A stretch of DNA of 64,000 nucleotides from Candidatus Multivoradales bacterium (GCA_965223855.1 CBDCXM010000008.1:352001-416000); one strand, 5' to 3'. Counted from the first letter of the stretch, positions 50,550 through 61,892 are shown. The notes: generated by a model not told the origin, from the sequence alone. Numbers and translations: made by a program.

Positions 50550-51097
50550 CTCCTCTTTTCGCCGAGGCGCTTCGCAGCCGACCTCGCGGCGCGTCGGCGA
50601 TCGACGACGGGCACCCGGCGCGCCGAGCGCTCGGGCCGCTCCGGCTGCGGGTCGATCGGTTCAAGCTGGAGAGCCGGACTGAGGTAGGCCCAGGGATAGT
50701 CCTGCCAACCGGCGCATCTCCCGGTGGCGAGTACGTTGGCGAGCAGGTAGCGGGCAACCGGGCGCGAATCACTCGCGCGATCGAGCCGGCCCTCGAAGTA
50801 GGACGGCTGCCACAGCGGCCCGTCCCAACCACGGCTCCAGGCGATGCGGGTCGAGGCCGCCTTGAACGCCTCTACGAAGCGGTCGAGATCGGCGCCGTCG
50901 GTCAGCAGCCAATGCAGGTGATCGGGCAGCAGGAGCGCCGCCAGCGTCCGCCGCGAACGTCTCACGGCCTCGAAGACCGGCAGCGCGATCCCCGTCCGCT
51001 CGAAGACCTGTGCCCCGCGATCGGTTCGAAGGGTCAGGTGCACCGGCAATGACCCGGCCCTGCCATCCCGGCTGCCGCCTCCCCCGGAGCCGTCCAC
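50531..51097 (-). mobile_element. REP-associated tyrosine transposase (RAYT/TnpA Y1)-like protein, possibly degenerate; start uncertain
   Basis: [15 protein letters not shown] (HUH), FKAAS, LWQPSYF, YLLAN, WQDYPW. Confidence 0.75.
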
Positions 51098-51352
51098 CCG
51101 CCCGTCCTCCCGAGTTCGACAGAGCGGCTTTCCGCTGCGTTCGACTCCGTGATTCGTCTGACTCGAAGCGCTCACATCAGGACAGACGCGAACCGTTCGC
51201 GGAACCTTGCACGTCGGACGAGCAGGCACCGGGAAAGACCAGGCGAGTGATAGAAAACACCTCTCCAACGACCGATCGGCCCGGTCCGCCTTCGCGACCG
51301 ACCCGAGACACCACCGAGGCCGCCCGGCACCAGGCGGCGGTCACCATTCCCG

Positions 51353-53326
51353 ATGAAACCGCCCTCCGACTCGCCCCGACACGCCGACTGGCGGCAGCGC
51401 GTCGAACAGGAACTGCGCGGCGCCGACTTCGACGCCACCCTCGTGAGCCGCCCCTACACCGGCATCGAGGTCCAACCGCTCTATTCGCCTGGCACCTCGA
51501 CGGCGGGCACCTCGACGGCGGAACATTCGCCTGGCACCTGGACGGGGCCTGTGGTGGCGGGGGCGCTCGGGTGGCACTCTTGTTCGCTGCTGGAGGCTCC
51601 TTCGATCGCACAGGTGCGGCGGCAGTGGGAGGACGACGCCGCCGGAGGGAGCACTGCGGCCTGGCTGCGGTTCGATCTCGCCACGCGTCTCGGCCTGACG
51701 ACCACCGACGGCACCACGGACGGCATTCCGCTGCGCAACGTCGAGGATCTGGAGGAGTGGTTCGGCGACGGCCTGTCGATCGACACGCCGTGGATCCTCG
51801 ACGCCGGGGCCAACGCCCTGCCGGCTGCGCTGACTTTCCTCGCCTTCGCCGACTCGCGCGGAGCACAGCGCGCCTCGCTCGAGCTGCACTGCGGTCTCGA
51901 TCCGCTGACCGCACTCGCCACCGACGGCGAGCTTCCCGGGCCGCTCGACGCGCTCAAGGCGGAGATGCGACAGCTCACGACCTTCTGCGACGCCGTGCTC
52001 CCGCGCTCGACCGCGCTCACACTCTCCACGGTGCCGATCCACGAAGCCGGCGGCGACCCGGTCGACGAGCTCGGCTGGCTGGCGGCCGCCCTGGTCGAAA
52101 CCCTGCGCTGGATGGACAGCGAGGGGGTCGAGCCCGCCACGGTCGCGCCGCGCGTGCTCCTGCGGCTCACCGCGGACACCGACCTCTTCGGCACGATCGC
52201 GAAACTGAGAGCGGCGCGGACGCTCTGGCAACGCGTGCTGACGGCGTGCGGGGTCGACGAACCGCCGGCTCCGCTCCTTCACGTCGTCGGCGGCGATCGG
52301 ACGCTGACCCGCCGCGATCCGTGGGTCAACATGCTGCGGGCGACCTCGCAGGGCGTCGGCGCGGTGCTCGGCGGGGCCGGCTTCGTGACCGTGCCGAGCT
52401 GGGATCGGCCGCTGGGATCCGCCTCGACGAACGGACGGCGCCTTGCCCGCAACACCCAGTCGATCCTCGGCCTCGAATCCGCCCTCGGCCGGGTCGCCGA
52501 TCCCGGTGCCGGGTCCTACTACCTCGAGGCACTGACGGATCAGTTCGCCCGCGCGGGCTGGCAGCGCATGCGGGAGATCGAGGCGCGCGGCGGAGCCTGC
52601 GCCGAACTCACCTCGGGGCGGCTCGCCACGACGCTCGCCGAGCAATGGAGCGCGCGTGCCGACCAGCTGGCGCGACGGGAGATCGCGATCACCGGAGTGA
52701 GCGAGTTCGCCAACCTCGACGAGCGGGTACCGCAGCCCGCGTCGCCCGCGGCCTCCGAACGCACCGTGCCCGCGCACGGCTGCGACGAGGAGGATCTCGA
52801 ACTCGCCTCCGCCCTCGACCGCCTGTCCGTATGGTGCCGCTGCGCCGCCTCCGGAGCCTCGATCGCGGAGCTGTCGCAGGCTCTCGACCGTGCGCCGAAC
52901 GAGGACTCCCCGGCGCCGCGGGTCGAGCCGTTGCCGCGCCAGCGGGACGCAGCGGCCTTCGAGGCGCTCCGGGCGCGCGCCGAGTCCGCTCCGCAACCGC
53001 CGCTCGTCCACCTCGAACGCCTCGGCCCGCTGCGCGAGCACAAGGCGCGCGCCGACTTCGCCCGCCGCTTCTTCGCCGCCGGCGGCATTGCGGTGGCCGA
53101 GACGGACGCCTACGACCCCGCCGTCACCCCGATCGCCTGCCTGTGCGGCACCGACGACGCCTACGCGACCTCGGGCGCCGACGACGCCGCCCGGCTGCGC
53201 GCCGCCGGCGCCTCGACCGTGCTCGTCGCCGGTCGCGCGACGGCGCTCGGCGACCCCTCGGCGGTCGACGGCGAGCTCCATCTCGGCGCCGACCTCCCGG
53301 CACTGCTGACGAGGCTCCTCGGATGA
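51353..53326 (+). CDS. mutA: Methylmalonyl-CoA mutase small (beta) subunit
   Basis: [42 protein letters not shown]; no DxHxxG. Confidence 0.88.
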   Translation: MKPPSDSPRHADWRQRVEQELRGADFDATLVSRPYTGIEVQPLYSPGTSTAGTSTAEHSPGTWTGPVVAGALGWHSCSLLEAPSIAQVRRQWEDDAAGGSTAAWLRFDLATRLGLTTTDGTTDGIPLRNVEDLEEWFGDGLSIDTPWILDAGANALPAALTFLAFADSRGAQRASLELHCGLDPLTALATDGELPGPLDALKAEMRQLTTFCDAVLPRSTALTLSTVPIHEAGGDPVDELGWLAAALVETLRWMDSEGVEPATVAPRVLLRLTADTDLFGTIAKLRAARTLWQRVLTACGVDEPPAPLLHVVGGDRTLTRRDPWVNMLRATSQGVGAVLGGAGFVTVPSWDRPLGSASTNGRRLARNTQSILGLESALGRVADPGAGSYYLEALTDQFARAGWQRMREIEARGGACAELTSGRLATTLAEQWSARADQLARREIAITGVSEFANLDERVPQPASPAASERTVPAHGCDEEDLELASALDRLSVWCRCAASGASIAELSQALDRAPNEDSPAPRVEPLPRQRDAAAFEALRARAESAPQPPLVHLERLGPLREHKARADFARRFFAAGGIAVAETDAYDPAVTPIACLCGTDDAYATSGADDAARLRAAGASTVLVAGRATALGDPSAVDGELHLGADLPALLTRLLG

Positions 53327-55449
53327 CGAGCTTCCCGGACTTCCGCCGTCTCGACTACGACGACGTCGCGACCACCCTGCCCACGCAATGCGACCGCACC
53401 GCCTCCCCGACGCCGGAGGGCATCGACCGCTGGTCGCACTACCAGCCGGGAGACCTCGCCGCCGTCGATCACCTCGGCTCGATGCCGGGCGAGGCGCCGT
53501 TCGTCCGCGGCCCGTACTCGACGATGTACGTCCGCCGCCCGTGGACGGTGCGCCAGTACGCCGGCTTCTCCACCGCCGAGGCGTCGAACGCCTTCTACCG
53601 CCGCAACCTCGCCGCCGGCCAGAAGGGGCTGTCGATCGCCTTCGACCTGGCGACTCACCGCGGCTACGACTCCGACCATCCGCGGGTGCGCGGCGACGTC
53701 GGCATGGCCGGCGTGGCGATCGACTCGATCCTCGACATGCGGATCCTCTTCGACCAGATCCCGCTCGACCGGATGAGCGTCTCGATGACGATGAACGGCG
53801 CGGTGCTGCCGATCCTCGCCCTCTACGTCGTCGCCGCCGAGGAGCAGGGGGTCTCCCCCGACCAGCTCGCGGGCACGATCCAGAACGACGTGCTCAAGGA
53901 GTTCATGGTCCGCAACACCTACATCTACCCGCCGGCGCCGTCGATGCGGATCGTCTCCGACATCTTCGCCTTCACCTCGCGGGAGATGCCGCGCTTCAAC
54001 TCGATCTCGGTCTCCGGCTACCACATGCAGGAGGCGGGAGCGACGCCCGACCTCGAACTCGGCTACACGCTCGCCGACGGCATCGAGTACGTGCGCGCCG
54101 GGGTCGCCGCCGGGCTCGACGTCGACGCCTTCGCGCCGCGGATCTCGTTCTTCTTCTGCATCGGCATGAACTTCTTCGTCGAGATCGCCAAGCTGCGCGC
54201 CGCCCGGCTGCTGTGGGCCGAGCTGATGCGGGAGTTCGAGCCTGAGAACCCCAAGAGCTCGATGCTCCGCACCCACTGCCAGACCTCCGGCTGGTCGCTC
54301 ACCGCCCAGGACGTCCACAACAACGTCGTCCGCACAGCTATCGAGGCGATGGCGGCGACTCAGGGGGGCACTCAGTCGCTCCACACCAACGCCTTCGACG
54401 AGGCTCTCGCGTTGCCGACCGACTTCTCGGCCCGCATCGCCCGCAACACCCAGATCCAGCTGCAGCAGGAGTCGGGCACCTGCCGGGTAGTCGATCCGTG
54501 GGGCGGCAGCTACTACGTCGAACGGCTGACCCACGATCTCGCCGAGCGCGCCCGCGCCCACATCGCCGAGATCGAGGAGCTGGGCGGCATGGTGAAGGCG
54601 ATCGAGCAGGGGCTGCCGAAGCTCAGAATCGAGGAGTCGGCCACCCGCGCCCAGGCGCGCATCGACTCCGGCCGCCAGACGATCGTCGGCGTCAACCGCT
54701 ACCGCCCCCAGTCGGAGGACGAGGTCGACGTGCTGGTGGTCGACAACGACGAGGTGCGCCGCGCCCAGATCGCACGCCTCGAGCGGCTGCGCGCCGAGCG
54801 CGACGACGCCCCGGTGCAGGCGGCTCTCGACGCCCTGACGGCAGCCGCCGAAGCGGGCGACGGCAACCTGCTCGAACTGGCGATCGGCGCCGCCCGTGCG
54901 CAGGCGACCGTCGGCGAGATCTCGGCCGCGCTCGAGAAGCCGTGGGGGCGGCACCAGGCGGTCGTGCGCTCGATCTCCGGCGTATACAGTGGCGCCATGG
55001 GCGAGTCCGACGACCAGGTGCTCGCGGCGCGCAGGAGGGTCGAGGCGTTCCACGACGCCCACGGCCGCCGGCCGCGCATCCTGATCGCCAAGATGGGCCA
55101 GGACGGCCACGACCGCGGCCAGAAGGTGATCGCCACCGCCTTTGCCGACCTCGGCTTCGACGTCGACATCGGCTCGCTCTTCCAGACCCCCGAGGAGACC
55201 GCCCGCCAGGCGGTCGAGAACGACGTCCACATCGTCGGCGTCAGCTCGCTGGCCGCCGGTCATCTGACGCTGGTGCCCGAGCTGCGCGAAGAGCTCGACC
55301 GGCAGGGTCGCGACGACATCCAGGTGGTCGTCGGCGGGGTCATCCCGCCCAAGGACTACGAGGCGCTGCGCGAAGCAGGAGCGGCGGCGATCTTCGGCCC
55401 CGGGACCGTGCTCGCCGAGGCGGCGCTCGAGCTGCTCGAAGGGCTCTGA
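53323..55449 (+). CDS. mutB: Methylmalonyl-CoA mutase large subunit (MutB/ScpA)
   Basis: [21 protein letters not shown]; ATGA overlap. Confidence 0.96.
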   Translation: MTSFPDFRRLDYDDVATTLPTQCDRTASPTPEGIDRWSHYQPGDLAAVDHLGSMPGEAPFVRGPYSTMYVRRPWTVRQYAGFSTAEASNAFYRRNLAAGQKGLSIAFDLATHRGYDSDHPRVRGDVGMAGVAIDSILDMRILFDQIPLDRMSVSMTMNGAVLPILALYVVAAEEQGVSPDQLAGTIQNDVLKEFMVRNTYIYPPAPSMRIVSDIFAFTSREMPRFNSISVSGYHMQEAGATPDLELGYTLADGIEYVRAGVAAGLDVDAFAPRISFFFCIGMNFFVEIAKLRAARLLWAELMREFEPENPKSSMLRTHCQTSGWSLTAQDVHNNVVRTAIEAMAATQGGTQSLHTNAFDEALALPTDFSARIARNTQIQLQQESGTCRVVDPWGGSYYVERLTHDLAERARAHIAEIEELGGMVKAIEQGLPKLRIEESATRAQARIDSGRQTIVGVNRYRPQSEDEVDVLVVDNDEVRRAQIARLERLRAERDDAPVQAALDALTAAAEAGDGNLLELAIGAARAQATVGEISAALEKPWGRHQAVVRSISGVYSGAMGESDDQVLAARRRVEAFHDAHGRRPRILIAKMGQDGHDRGQKVIATAFADLGFDVDIGSLFQTPEETARQAVENDVHIVGVSSLAAGHLTLVPELREELDRQGRDDIQVVVGGVIPPKDYEALREAGAAAIFGPGTVLAEAALELLEGL

Positions 55450-55450
55450 G

Positions 55451-56455
55451 GTGTCCGCTTCCGGGGAGCGCGCAGCCGGCCGGCCGATCGATCTGCCAGC
55501 CCTCGCGCAGGCGATCGCGGCCGGCGACCGCACCGCTCTGGCGCGCGGCATCACGCTCGTCGAGTCGAGCCGCGAAGCCGATCAGGAGCGCGCCTGGGAG
55601 CTGCTGCAATCGCTGCAGCGGGCGCGAGCCGGCACCGAGACGACCCATCGCATCGGCATCTCCGGCCCCCCGGGGGTCGGCAAGTCGACCCTCATCGACG
55701 CGCTCGGCCTCGAACTGATCGAACGCGGCCACCGCATAGCCGTGCTGGCGATCGACCCGTCGAGCAGCCGCTCGGGCGGCAGCATCCTCGGCGACAAGAG
55801 CCGCATGGACCGGCTCGCCCAGGCCGAGGCGGCCTACATCCGCCCCTCCCCCAGCGACCTGGCGCTCGGCGGCGTTACCCGCCGCACCCGCGAGGCGATG
55901 TTCCTGTGCGAGGCGGCCGGCTTCGACCGCGTGCTCGTCGAGACGGTCGGCGTCGGCCAGTCGGAGACCGAGGTCGCCGGCATGGTCGACACCTTCCTCG
56001 TGCTGGTGCAGCCGGGCTCGGGCGACGAGCTCCAGGGGATCAAGAAGGGGATCGTCGAGCTGGCCGACGTGCTGGCGGTCAACAAGGCCGACGGCGACCA
56101 GGCCGGCGCCGCCCGCGAGACCGAGGCCGAGTACTCGTCGGCGCTGCGTTACCTGAGGCCGGAGGACCCGCACTGGCAGCCGCGCACGCTCAGGGTGAGC
56201 GCCCGCACCGGCGACGGCGTCGCCGAGCTCGTCGCGGCGCTCGCCGACCACCGGAGCGCGGCCCTCGAGTCGGGCGCCTTCGAGCTGCGCCGCCGCAGTG
56301 ACGTCGAACGCTGGATCCGCCACCTCGCCGAAGAGCGGGTGCTCGCCCGCTTCCGCGCCGACTCGGAGGCCAGAGCGCGCCTCCAAGCCGCAGCCGACCG
56401 GGTAAGCGACGGCCTCCAGCAGGCGGGCGACGCGGCACGCGACGTCGCCGGCTGA
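55451..56455 (+). CDS. meaB: Mutase-associated GTPase MeaB
   Basis: GPPGVGKST, DPSS...GGSILGDKSRM, ETVGVGQSE, NKAD. Confidence 0.95.
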   Translation: MSASGERAAGRPIDLPALAQAIAAGDRTALARGITLVESSREADQERAWELLQSLQRARAGTETTHRIGISGPPGVGKSTLIDALGLELIERGHRIAVLAIDPSSSRSGGSILGDKSRMDRLAQAEAAYIRPSPSDLALGGVTRRTREAMFLCEAAGFDRVLVETVGVGQSETEVAGMVDTFLVLVQPGSGDELQGIKKGIVELADVLAVNKADGDQAGAARETEAEYSSALRYLRPEDPHWQPRTLRVSARTGDGVAELVAALADHRSAALESGAFELRRRSDVERWIRHLAEERVLARFRADSEARARLQAAADRVSDGLQQAGDAARDVAG

Positions 56456-56658
56456 GTCGGCTCGACGGGTCGGCTGCTGGTTCGTCGACCTCCCTTGCGA
56501 GACTGGGCCGTGAAGTGGGCGTGCGATCGGGCCCCGGCCCACGGAAGCAGTCCCGTGCACCCATACTGACAAGAGGCGTAGTGTCTATGGTAGCCAGGTG
56601 CTCCAGCACGCTCGGTTCGATGCCTCGTGCCGGAGCTGCCCTCGAAGGAGGACCACCG

Positions 56659-58785
56659 ATGAAGAAGTCAACGTGGCTGTCTTGGACCGCGATCTCCCTG
56701 ACGACCCTCGCCGGCGTACCGCTGGCAGCCAGCGAGGGCACCCCGTGGGACGAGCAGCAGGACTGAGTACTCCCTCCCGGCACGCCAGCACCGACGACGC
56801 CAAGCAGGCTGACGGCAGCCGACCTGAAGATCGTCCATGAAGACGCGCTGATTCCCGTGGCCGGAGGCTACGAACTTCGCGTGAGGGAGTGGGACGAGAG
56901 CAACTTCATGCAGGGTCTCGACTTCTGCGATGCGAACGCTCCCTTCCGCGATCAACCGAGAGTCAAAGGACCGTCTTCTAGGTGCAGCGCGTTCCTGGTA
57001 GGCCCGAGTCTCGCCATCACCGCGGGCCACTGCATCTCACCCGAAAGCGGCTCCCCGAGACAGGTGAGCTACAGCTGCTCGGAACGCTTCGTGGTCGCCG
57101 GCTTCGCAGATCTGTTCAGCACGCCCCTGGACGAATTGATCTTCGTTCCTTCCGCCAACGTGAGGCAGTGCTCCATGGTGCGTATCGACGCCCTCCAGGG
57201 ACCCGCCAGCGACGAACTCTTGGCGCCGTCTGGAACTGTGGTAGACGACTACGCGGTGCTCGAACTGATGACTCCTTTCGACGACATCCTCCCGTTGGTG
57301 CCCGAGACGTTCATCGAGTCTGCCGAGGGCGCCTCGGTCGCCCTCATCGGCCACCCGCAGAGAATCCCAATGAAGATCGAGACCTCAGTGCTCAATGCCG
57401 ATCGAGACTTCCTTGCCCATGTGCTCCACGGGCATTCGGGCAGCGCGGTAGTCAGTCTCGAGACGGGGAAGGTCTTTGGCAACGCGGTGGGAGCAACGCC
57501 CGGTCTTTGGACCGATTTCAACGGGCCGGATGGAATACCCGGAACGAGCGACGACTGCGTGTCGCTGGACTTTGCCGGCCCCGGGGTCACGACGACTTCC
57601 AACCTCGCCCCGGCTCTTGCTCCCTTCATCGACCCCCTCGGGCTGCAACTCACGATGCCGAGCAGTGGCCAGGTCGTGGAGTACTACGGGCCGCCGACCA
57701 ACGGCGCCGACTTCAATCTGTGGAACACCACCCTCAGCGTTCCTGACGACAGCCTACCGGACGGTGTAACCGAGCTTGCCTGGGCCATCGACAACAGCGC
57801 CGGACTGTTCGACATCAGCGAGACTGCAGGAACCCTGCCTGAAGGCTCCTCGGTGAATCTGCTCTTCCAGCCGGCCAACGCCCTGATCGGTGGCCAGGGA
57901 GTCCACGAGGTTGTGCTACCGATCTTCGATTACACCTACGAGACGCGCGAGCCGCTCGTCCACCGCGTCCACGTCGGTGTCGACGGGTTCACGGTATGGC
58001 CGGAAGACAGCTTCGACGGCGAGGGCCTGGGGGTCGAGGACGGGGAGACCATGACCTACACTGCCTCGAACCGCTGGTGGGTGGACCAGGACATGCAAGT
58101 CGAAGCCACCGCTCCGTGGATGGAGTTCCTGGGTCCGGGTGGAGGCAGCCCGGTGCCAGGCGACACGCCCCTTCCGTTCACGCTCACGCCGGCGCATGGC
58201 ATCGTCGCTCCCACGTTTCCACTCGAGGTTTCGATGAACTGAGCCGGAATGGCCCCTGACGTCTACGTCGGACAGGTGACGTTCACGTCACTGGATGCCG
58301 GATCTCCGGCGATCACGACAACGCTCGACACGCGATTCGACTACTGCCGCCAGAAGACCGTCGACGCCACGGCACCCCAGCAGTTCTCACTGGCGCCCTC
58401 GGGAGGAGAAGCTACTCACACGCTGACCGTCGCGCCCGGCCCTGGTCTCACGATCGGGGACGTCGATGTTGTGGTCACGGCAACAGGCCAGCTGCCGGGA
58501 CCGAACCCTTCGAAGCCACCTTTCGGGTTCTTCTTGCGCACGCCGGGAGGAGTCGAGATCGAGCTCAACGACCACAACACGAACTTGCAATCGAGCCAGT
58601 TCCTTTATGACGATGACACCAATCCAGGCTTTGAAGGCCTGTTCAATCTCAACGGCCAAACGTCCGCCGGGACCTGGACCCTAAGTTTCAAGAACGCTGA
58701 CACAGCCGTCGAGACCGTCACGGTCAAGCTCTCCCGCTTCGAAATCCGCATCCACCATCAAGGCGTAACGACCTGCACGCAGTAG
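56659..58785 (+). pseudogene. Secreted trypsin-like serine protease + Ig/BACON-like domains + proprotein-convertase P domain, interrupted by two in-frame TGA codons
   Basis: AAGGAGG SD and signal peptide at 56659; one frame to TAG 58785 apart from TGA at 56764 and 58240; triad TAGHC, DDYAV, GHSGS; P-domain motifs LRTPGG, YDDD, NGQTSAGTWTL. Confidence 0.75.
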
Positions 58786-58794
58786 AGTCTGAGA

Positions 58795-60138
58795 GTGAGA
58801 CCCTCGATTGCACTCGTTCCGTTGTCGTGGGTGCTGGCGAGCCTGTGTATCGTCTCTCTCCTTGCGGCTGGTAAACCCGAACCCCCACCGTGGCTCAACG
58901 AGGGGGTCCTCGTCGGCGTGGACGTCCAGCCGCACTACACCTTCGGGCAAAGCGTCGCCATCGGTGGCGGCGATACCGTGGCGGTGGGGGCTCCCGACAT
59001 GGTCGTCGAGGACGTCATCACTGGCGGTGCCTACATCTTCGCCAAAGAGAACGGCGCCTGGGTCGAGCAGTTCAAGTTCGAACCCGACGATGGCAACGAG
59101 AACGACGAGATCGGCTGGTCGGTGGCCGCTGACGGAGACCTCGCGCTCGTCGGCACTCGCCGCGGACTCGTGGGAAGCCAGACCGGGCAGGGAGCCGTCT
59201 ACGCCTTTGCGCGCAGCGGTGGGGTCTGGCAGCAGACTCAGAAGCTGACCGCCTCCGACGGCGACGAGCAAGACTGGTTCGGCACCGCCATCGCACTCGA
59301 CGGAAACACAGTGCTGGTCGGGGCACCCCGCAAGGACATCGATAAGCAAGAGCAAGGTGCTGTCTACGTTTTTGCGAGAGCCGGGAACTCGTGGGTCGAG
59401 GAGGCAAAGCTCTTCGATCCCAATGGCGACTTCTCCGATGCTTTCGGCCTGCAAGTCGCCCTCGACGGCGACCGAGCGCTGATCGGCGCCGAGGCCGCCA
59501 ACATCAACGGCAACACCAACCAGGGCGCCGCCTACGTCTTCGACCGAGTCGGCACCACGTGGACCCTGACCCAGCGGCTGCTCGCCTCCGAGCCGGTCAC
59601 GCACCTCGACCAGTTCGGCTCCTCGGTCGCGGTCGACGGCGACCGGATCCTCGTCGGCGCCGAACGAGCGCCGATCGGTGGGCTCAACCGCCATGGGGCG
59701 GCGTTCTTCTTCGAGCGCCAGCCGAACGGCACCTGGAAGGAGACGCAGCGGGTGCTCGCCTCGAACGCGCAGGCGGAGGGCAACTTCGGTCGTGCGGCGG
59801 CACTCGAAGGGGATCTGGCGCTGATCGGCGGCAATTCGATGGGTAGTGCTGAGCAGGGGACGGTCTACGTCTTCCGCCACGTCGCCGGGGAGTGGGTCGA
59901 GGAGCAGCAGATCCTCGCGCCGCAGGACCCGAGCGCCTTCGACGGCTTCGGCCAGTACATTGCGCTCGACGGCGAGCGCGCCGTCATTGCCCATCGTGGA
60001 TACCTCGCAACCGGCGGCGTCTGGGTGCTGCGTGACGGGCACGTCTTCGCCGACGGCTTCGAATCCGGCGACACCGCCGGCTGGAGCGAGACAGTGGGGG
60101 CGAGCGGTTCCCGAGTGCCGGGCCGGCGCCGCCCTTGA
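58795..60138 (+). CDS. Secreted FG-GAP repeat beta-propeller with C-terminal VFADGFESGD motif
   Basis: Signal peptide; repeats FG.S/AVA.DGD...VGA...GAVYVF; tail HVFADGFESGDTAGWS. Confidence 0.9.
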   Translation: MRPSIALVPLSWVLASLCIVSLLAAGKPEPPPWLNEGVLVGVDVQPHYTFGQSVAIGGGDTVAVGAPDMVVEDVITGGAYIFAKENGAWVEQFKFEPDDGNENDEIGWSVAADGDLALVGTRRGLVGSQTGQGAVYAFARSGGVWQQTQKLTASDGDEQDWFGTAIALDGNTVLVGAPRKDIDKQEQGAVYVFARAGNSWVEEAKLFDPNGDFSDAFGLQVALDGDRALIGAEAANINGNTNQGAAYVFDRVGTTWTLTQRLLASEPVTHLDQFGSSVAVDGDRILVGAERAPIGGLNRHGAAFFFERQPNGTWKETQRVLASNAQAEGNFGRAAALEGDLALIGGNSMGSAEQGTVYVFRHVAGEWVEEQQILAPQDPSAFDGFGQYIALDGERAVIAHRGYLATGGVWVLRDGHVFADGFESGDTAGWSETVGASGSRVPGRRRP

Positions 60139-60170
60139 GAGCTTTGAGACCTGGCTAGAGCCGGGCTGCT

Positions 60171-60929
60171 CTACTCCACCGCCTCGACGCTGAGCGTCGA
60201 GATGTGGAGATTGAGGTGGTGGTTGACCCGGAAGCCGACGAGGCCGTCGGTCAGGGTCTCGGCACGGGCCCGACGCGCCACCTCGGTGCCGTTGACGGAG
60301 AACACCACCTCCGGCCCGCGCGCCTCGATCGCCAGCACGTTGGTCGCCGTCCCCTCGGTCTCGGGGCCGAAGGTGACGATCGCCTCCGAGGCGGTCCAGT
60401 CCTGGAGCACTTCGGTCGCCTCACCCGAGCGCCGCTTGAGCAGGAACTCGCCCGAGTTGCGGAGCACGAAGTAGTCGTAGTTCGGCTCGTCGCCGTCGAG
60501 GCCCGAGCCGCCGAAGAAGAGGCCGAACGCCTCGGTGCGCTCGCCGGGATCGAAGAGATGGATCTGCGACTCGATCCGGAAGTCCCCCGCCGCCCGGCTG
60601 CCGGGGTGGTGGAAGATCGCCCGCGGCCCGGTAGTGATGTGCCAGCCGGGGACCATGGCGACGAAGAAGATGTCGGCGGCATCGGCATCGGCGCCCACGA
60701 CCACTGCGTCGTCGGGCCGATCGAGGCGGACGGTCCAGTCGGGTGGCACCTGGAGGTTCTCGCCGACCGGCTGGTCGGGATCGGGGGCGGCAATCTCCTG
60801 CGCGGCGACCCCGGCTGCAAGGGCGGTCAGGACGACCCCCGCGAGGGCCAGAACGGACACGAGGAGCCGGCGGGCTCGAACGTCGGAACGGGTGCCGGAT
60901 AGGGCGTCGGGTCGGGCGGTTGTGGACAT
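60171..60929 (-). CDS. Secreted hypothetical protein, concanavalin A-like fold suspected
   Basis: Signal peptide, PGWHITTGP, GLVGFRVNH; AAGGAGG SD. Confidence 0.7.
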   Translation of the reverse strand: MSTTARPDALSGTRSDVRARRLLVSVLALAGVVLTALAAGVAAQEIAAPDPDQPVGENLQVPPDWTVRLDRPDDAVVVGADADAADIFFVAMVPGWHITTGPRAIFHHPGSRAAGDFRIESQIHLFDPGERTEAFGLFFGGSGLDGDEPNYDYFVLRNSGEFLLKRRSGEATEVLQDWTASEAIVTFGPETEGTATNVLAIEARGPEVVFSVNGTEVARRARAETLTDGLVGFRVNHHLNLHISTLSVEAVE

Positions 60930-61217
60930 GGAGGCCTCCTTGCAGCGGCGGCCTCGGATCGGCCGCCTTCTCGGGCTGGGCGCCGACAGGCTAGGTTCGG
61001 CAACGGCGTTCGGTCAAGCCCGGACCGGCTCGGCGCGGCGTGGTGCCTGGGGTCACCCGGTTCGGGGGGCTGCCCGAAGAACGTACCGAGTGAACGGCGT
61101 CATTGAACCCTACGACTCACTCCTTCGTAGAATGGGCGCCGACTCACCCGGCACCGCAAAGACTCCACAACGAAGCCGGCTCAACCGATCCATCCATCCA
61201 CTCAGGAGATTCACCGT

Positions 61218-61835
61218 ATGCATCGTTCCACCCTCCGTGTCCTCGGCGCGCTCGCCGCCTTCGCCGTGCTCGCCTTCGCCGGCCAGAGCGCCACCGCCGC
61301 CTCGTGGACCGTCGACAACGCCCATTCCGAGGTCAACTTCTCGATCAACCACTTCTTCACCCCGGTCACCGGCGGCTTCGGCGAGTTCGAGATCGACCTC
61401 GACTACAACGAGGACGACCCTGCCGCCTCTTCGGTCAGCGCCACCATCCAGGTGGCGAGCGTCGATACAGGCAACGAGCGCCGCGACGGCCATCTGAAGA
61501 CCGGCGACTTCTTCGACGCCGAGACCTACCCGACGATCACCTTCGAGAGCACCTCGGTGCGCGCCGAGGGCGACGGCCTGGTGGCGACCGGCAACCTCAC
61601 CATCCGCGACCAGACGAGTGAGGTCGAGCTACCGATCCAGATCCTCGGCGTTCAGGAGATCCCCGAGGAGATGCGCGAGCGGATGGGCGGCAGCGAGAAG
61701 GTCGCCGGCTTCAAGGCCGACCTCGCGATCGACCGCGGCGACTACGGTGTCGGCAGCGGCAACTTCGCGGCTACGCTGGTCGTCGGCGGCGAAGTGAGGA
61801 TCGAGCTGCTGGTCGAGGCGCACCTGCGTCCCTGA
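61218..61835 (+). CDS. yceI: YceI family protein
   Basis: WTVDNAHSEVNF, DTGNERRDGHL...FFDA..YPTITF. Confidence 0.92.
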   Translation: MHRSTLRVLGALAAFAVLAFAGQSATAASWTVDNAHSEVNFSINHFFTPVTGGFGEFEIDLDYNEDDPAASSVSATIQVASVDTGNERRDGHLKTGDFFDAETYPTITFESTSVRAEGDGLVATGNLTIRDQTSEVELPIQILGVQEIPEEMRERMGGSEKVAGFKADLAIDRGDYGVGSGNFAATLVVGGEVRIELLVEAHLRP

Positions 61836-61861
61836 CGCCGGCCCAGTCCGAAAGAACTAGA

Positions 61862-61892
61862 GCGGTCGCACCGGCTTCGGTGCGGCCGTTTC
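61862..61892 (+). terminator. Probable terminator hairpin after yceI
   Basis: GCGGTCGCACCG-GCTT-CGGTGCGGCCGT followed by TT. Confidence 0.6.

Noticed and set aside
51098-51352. Cobalamin riboswitch before mutA
   Set aside because: No B12-box or GCCACTG/GGGAAG elements visible.
51010-53322. Apparent long N-terminal extension of MutB (1479-aa ORF)
   Set aside because: Arg/Pro-rich off-frame reading of mutA; the real start is ATG 53323, overlapping the mutA stop.
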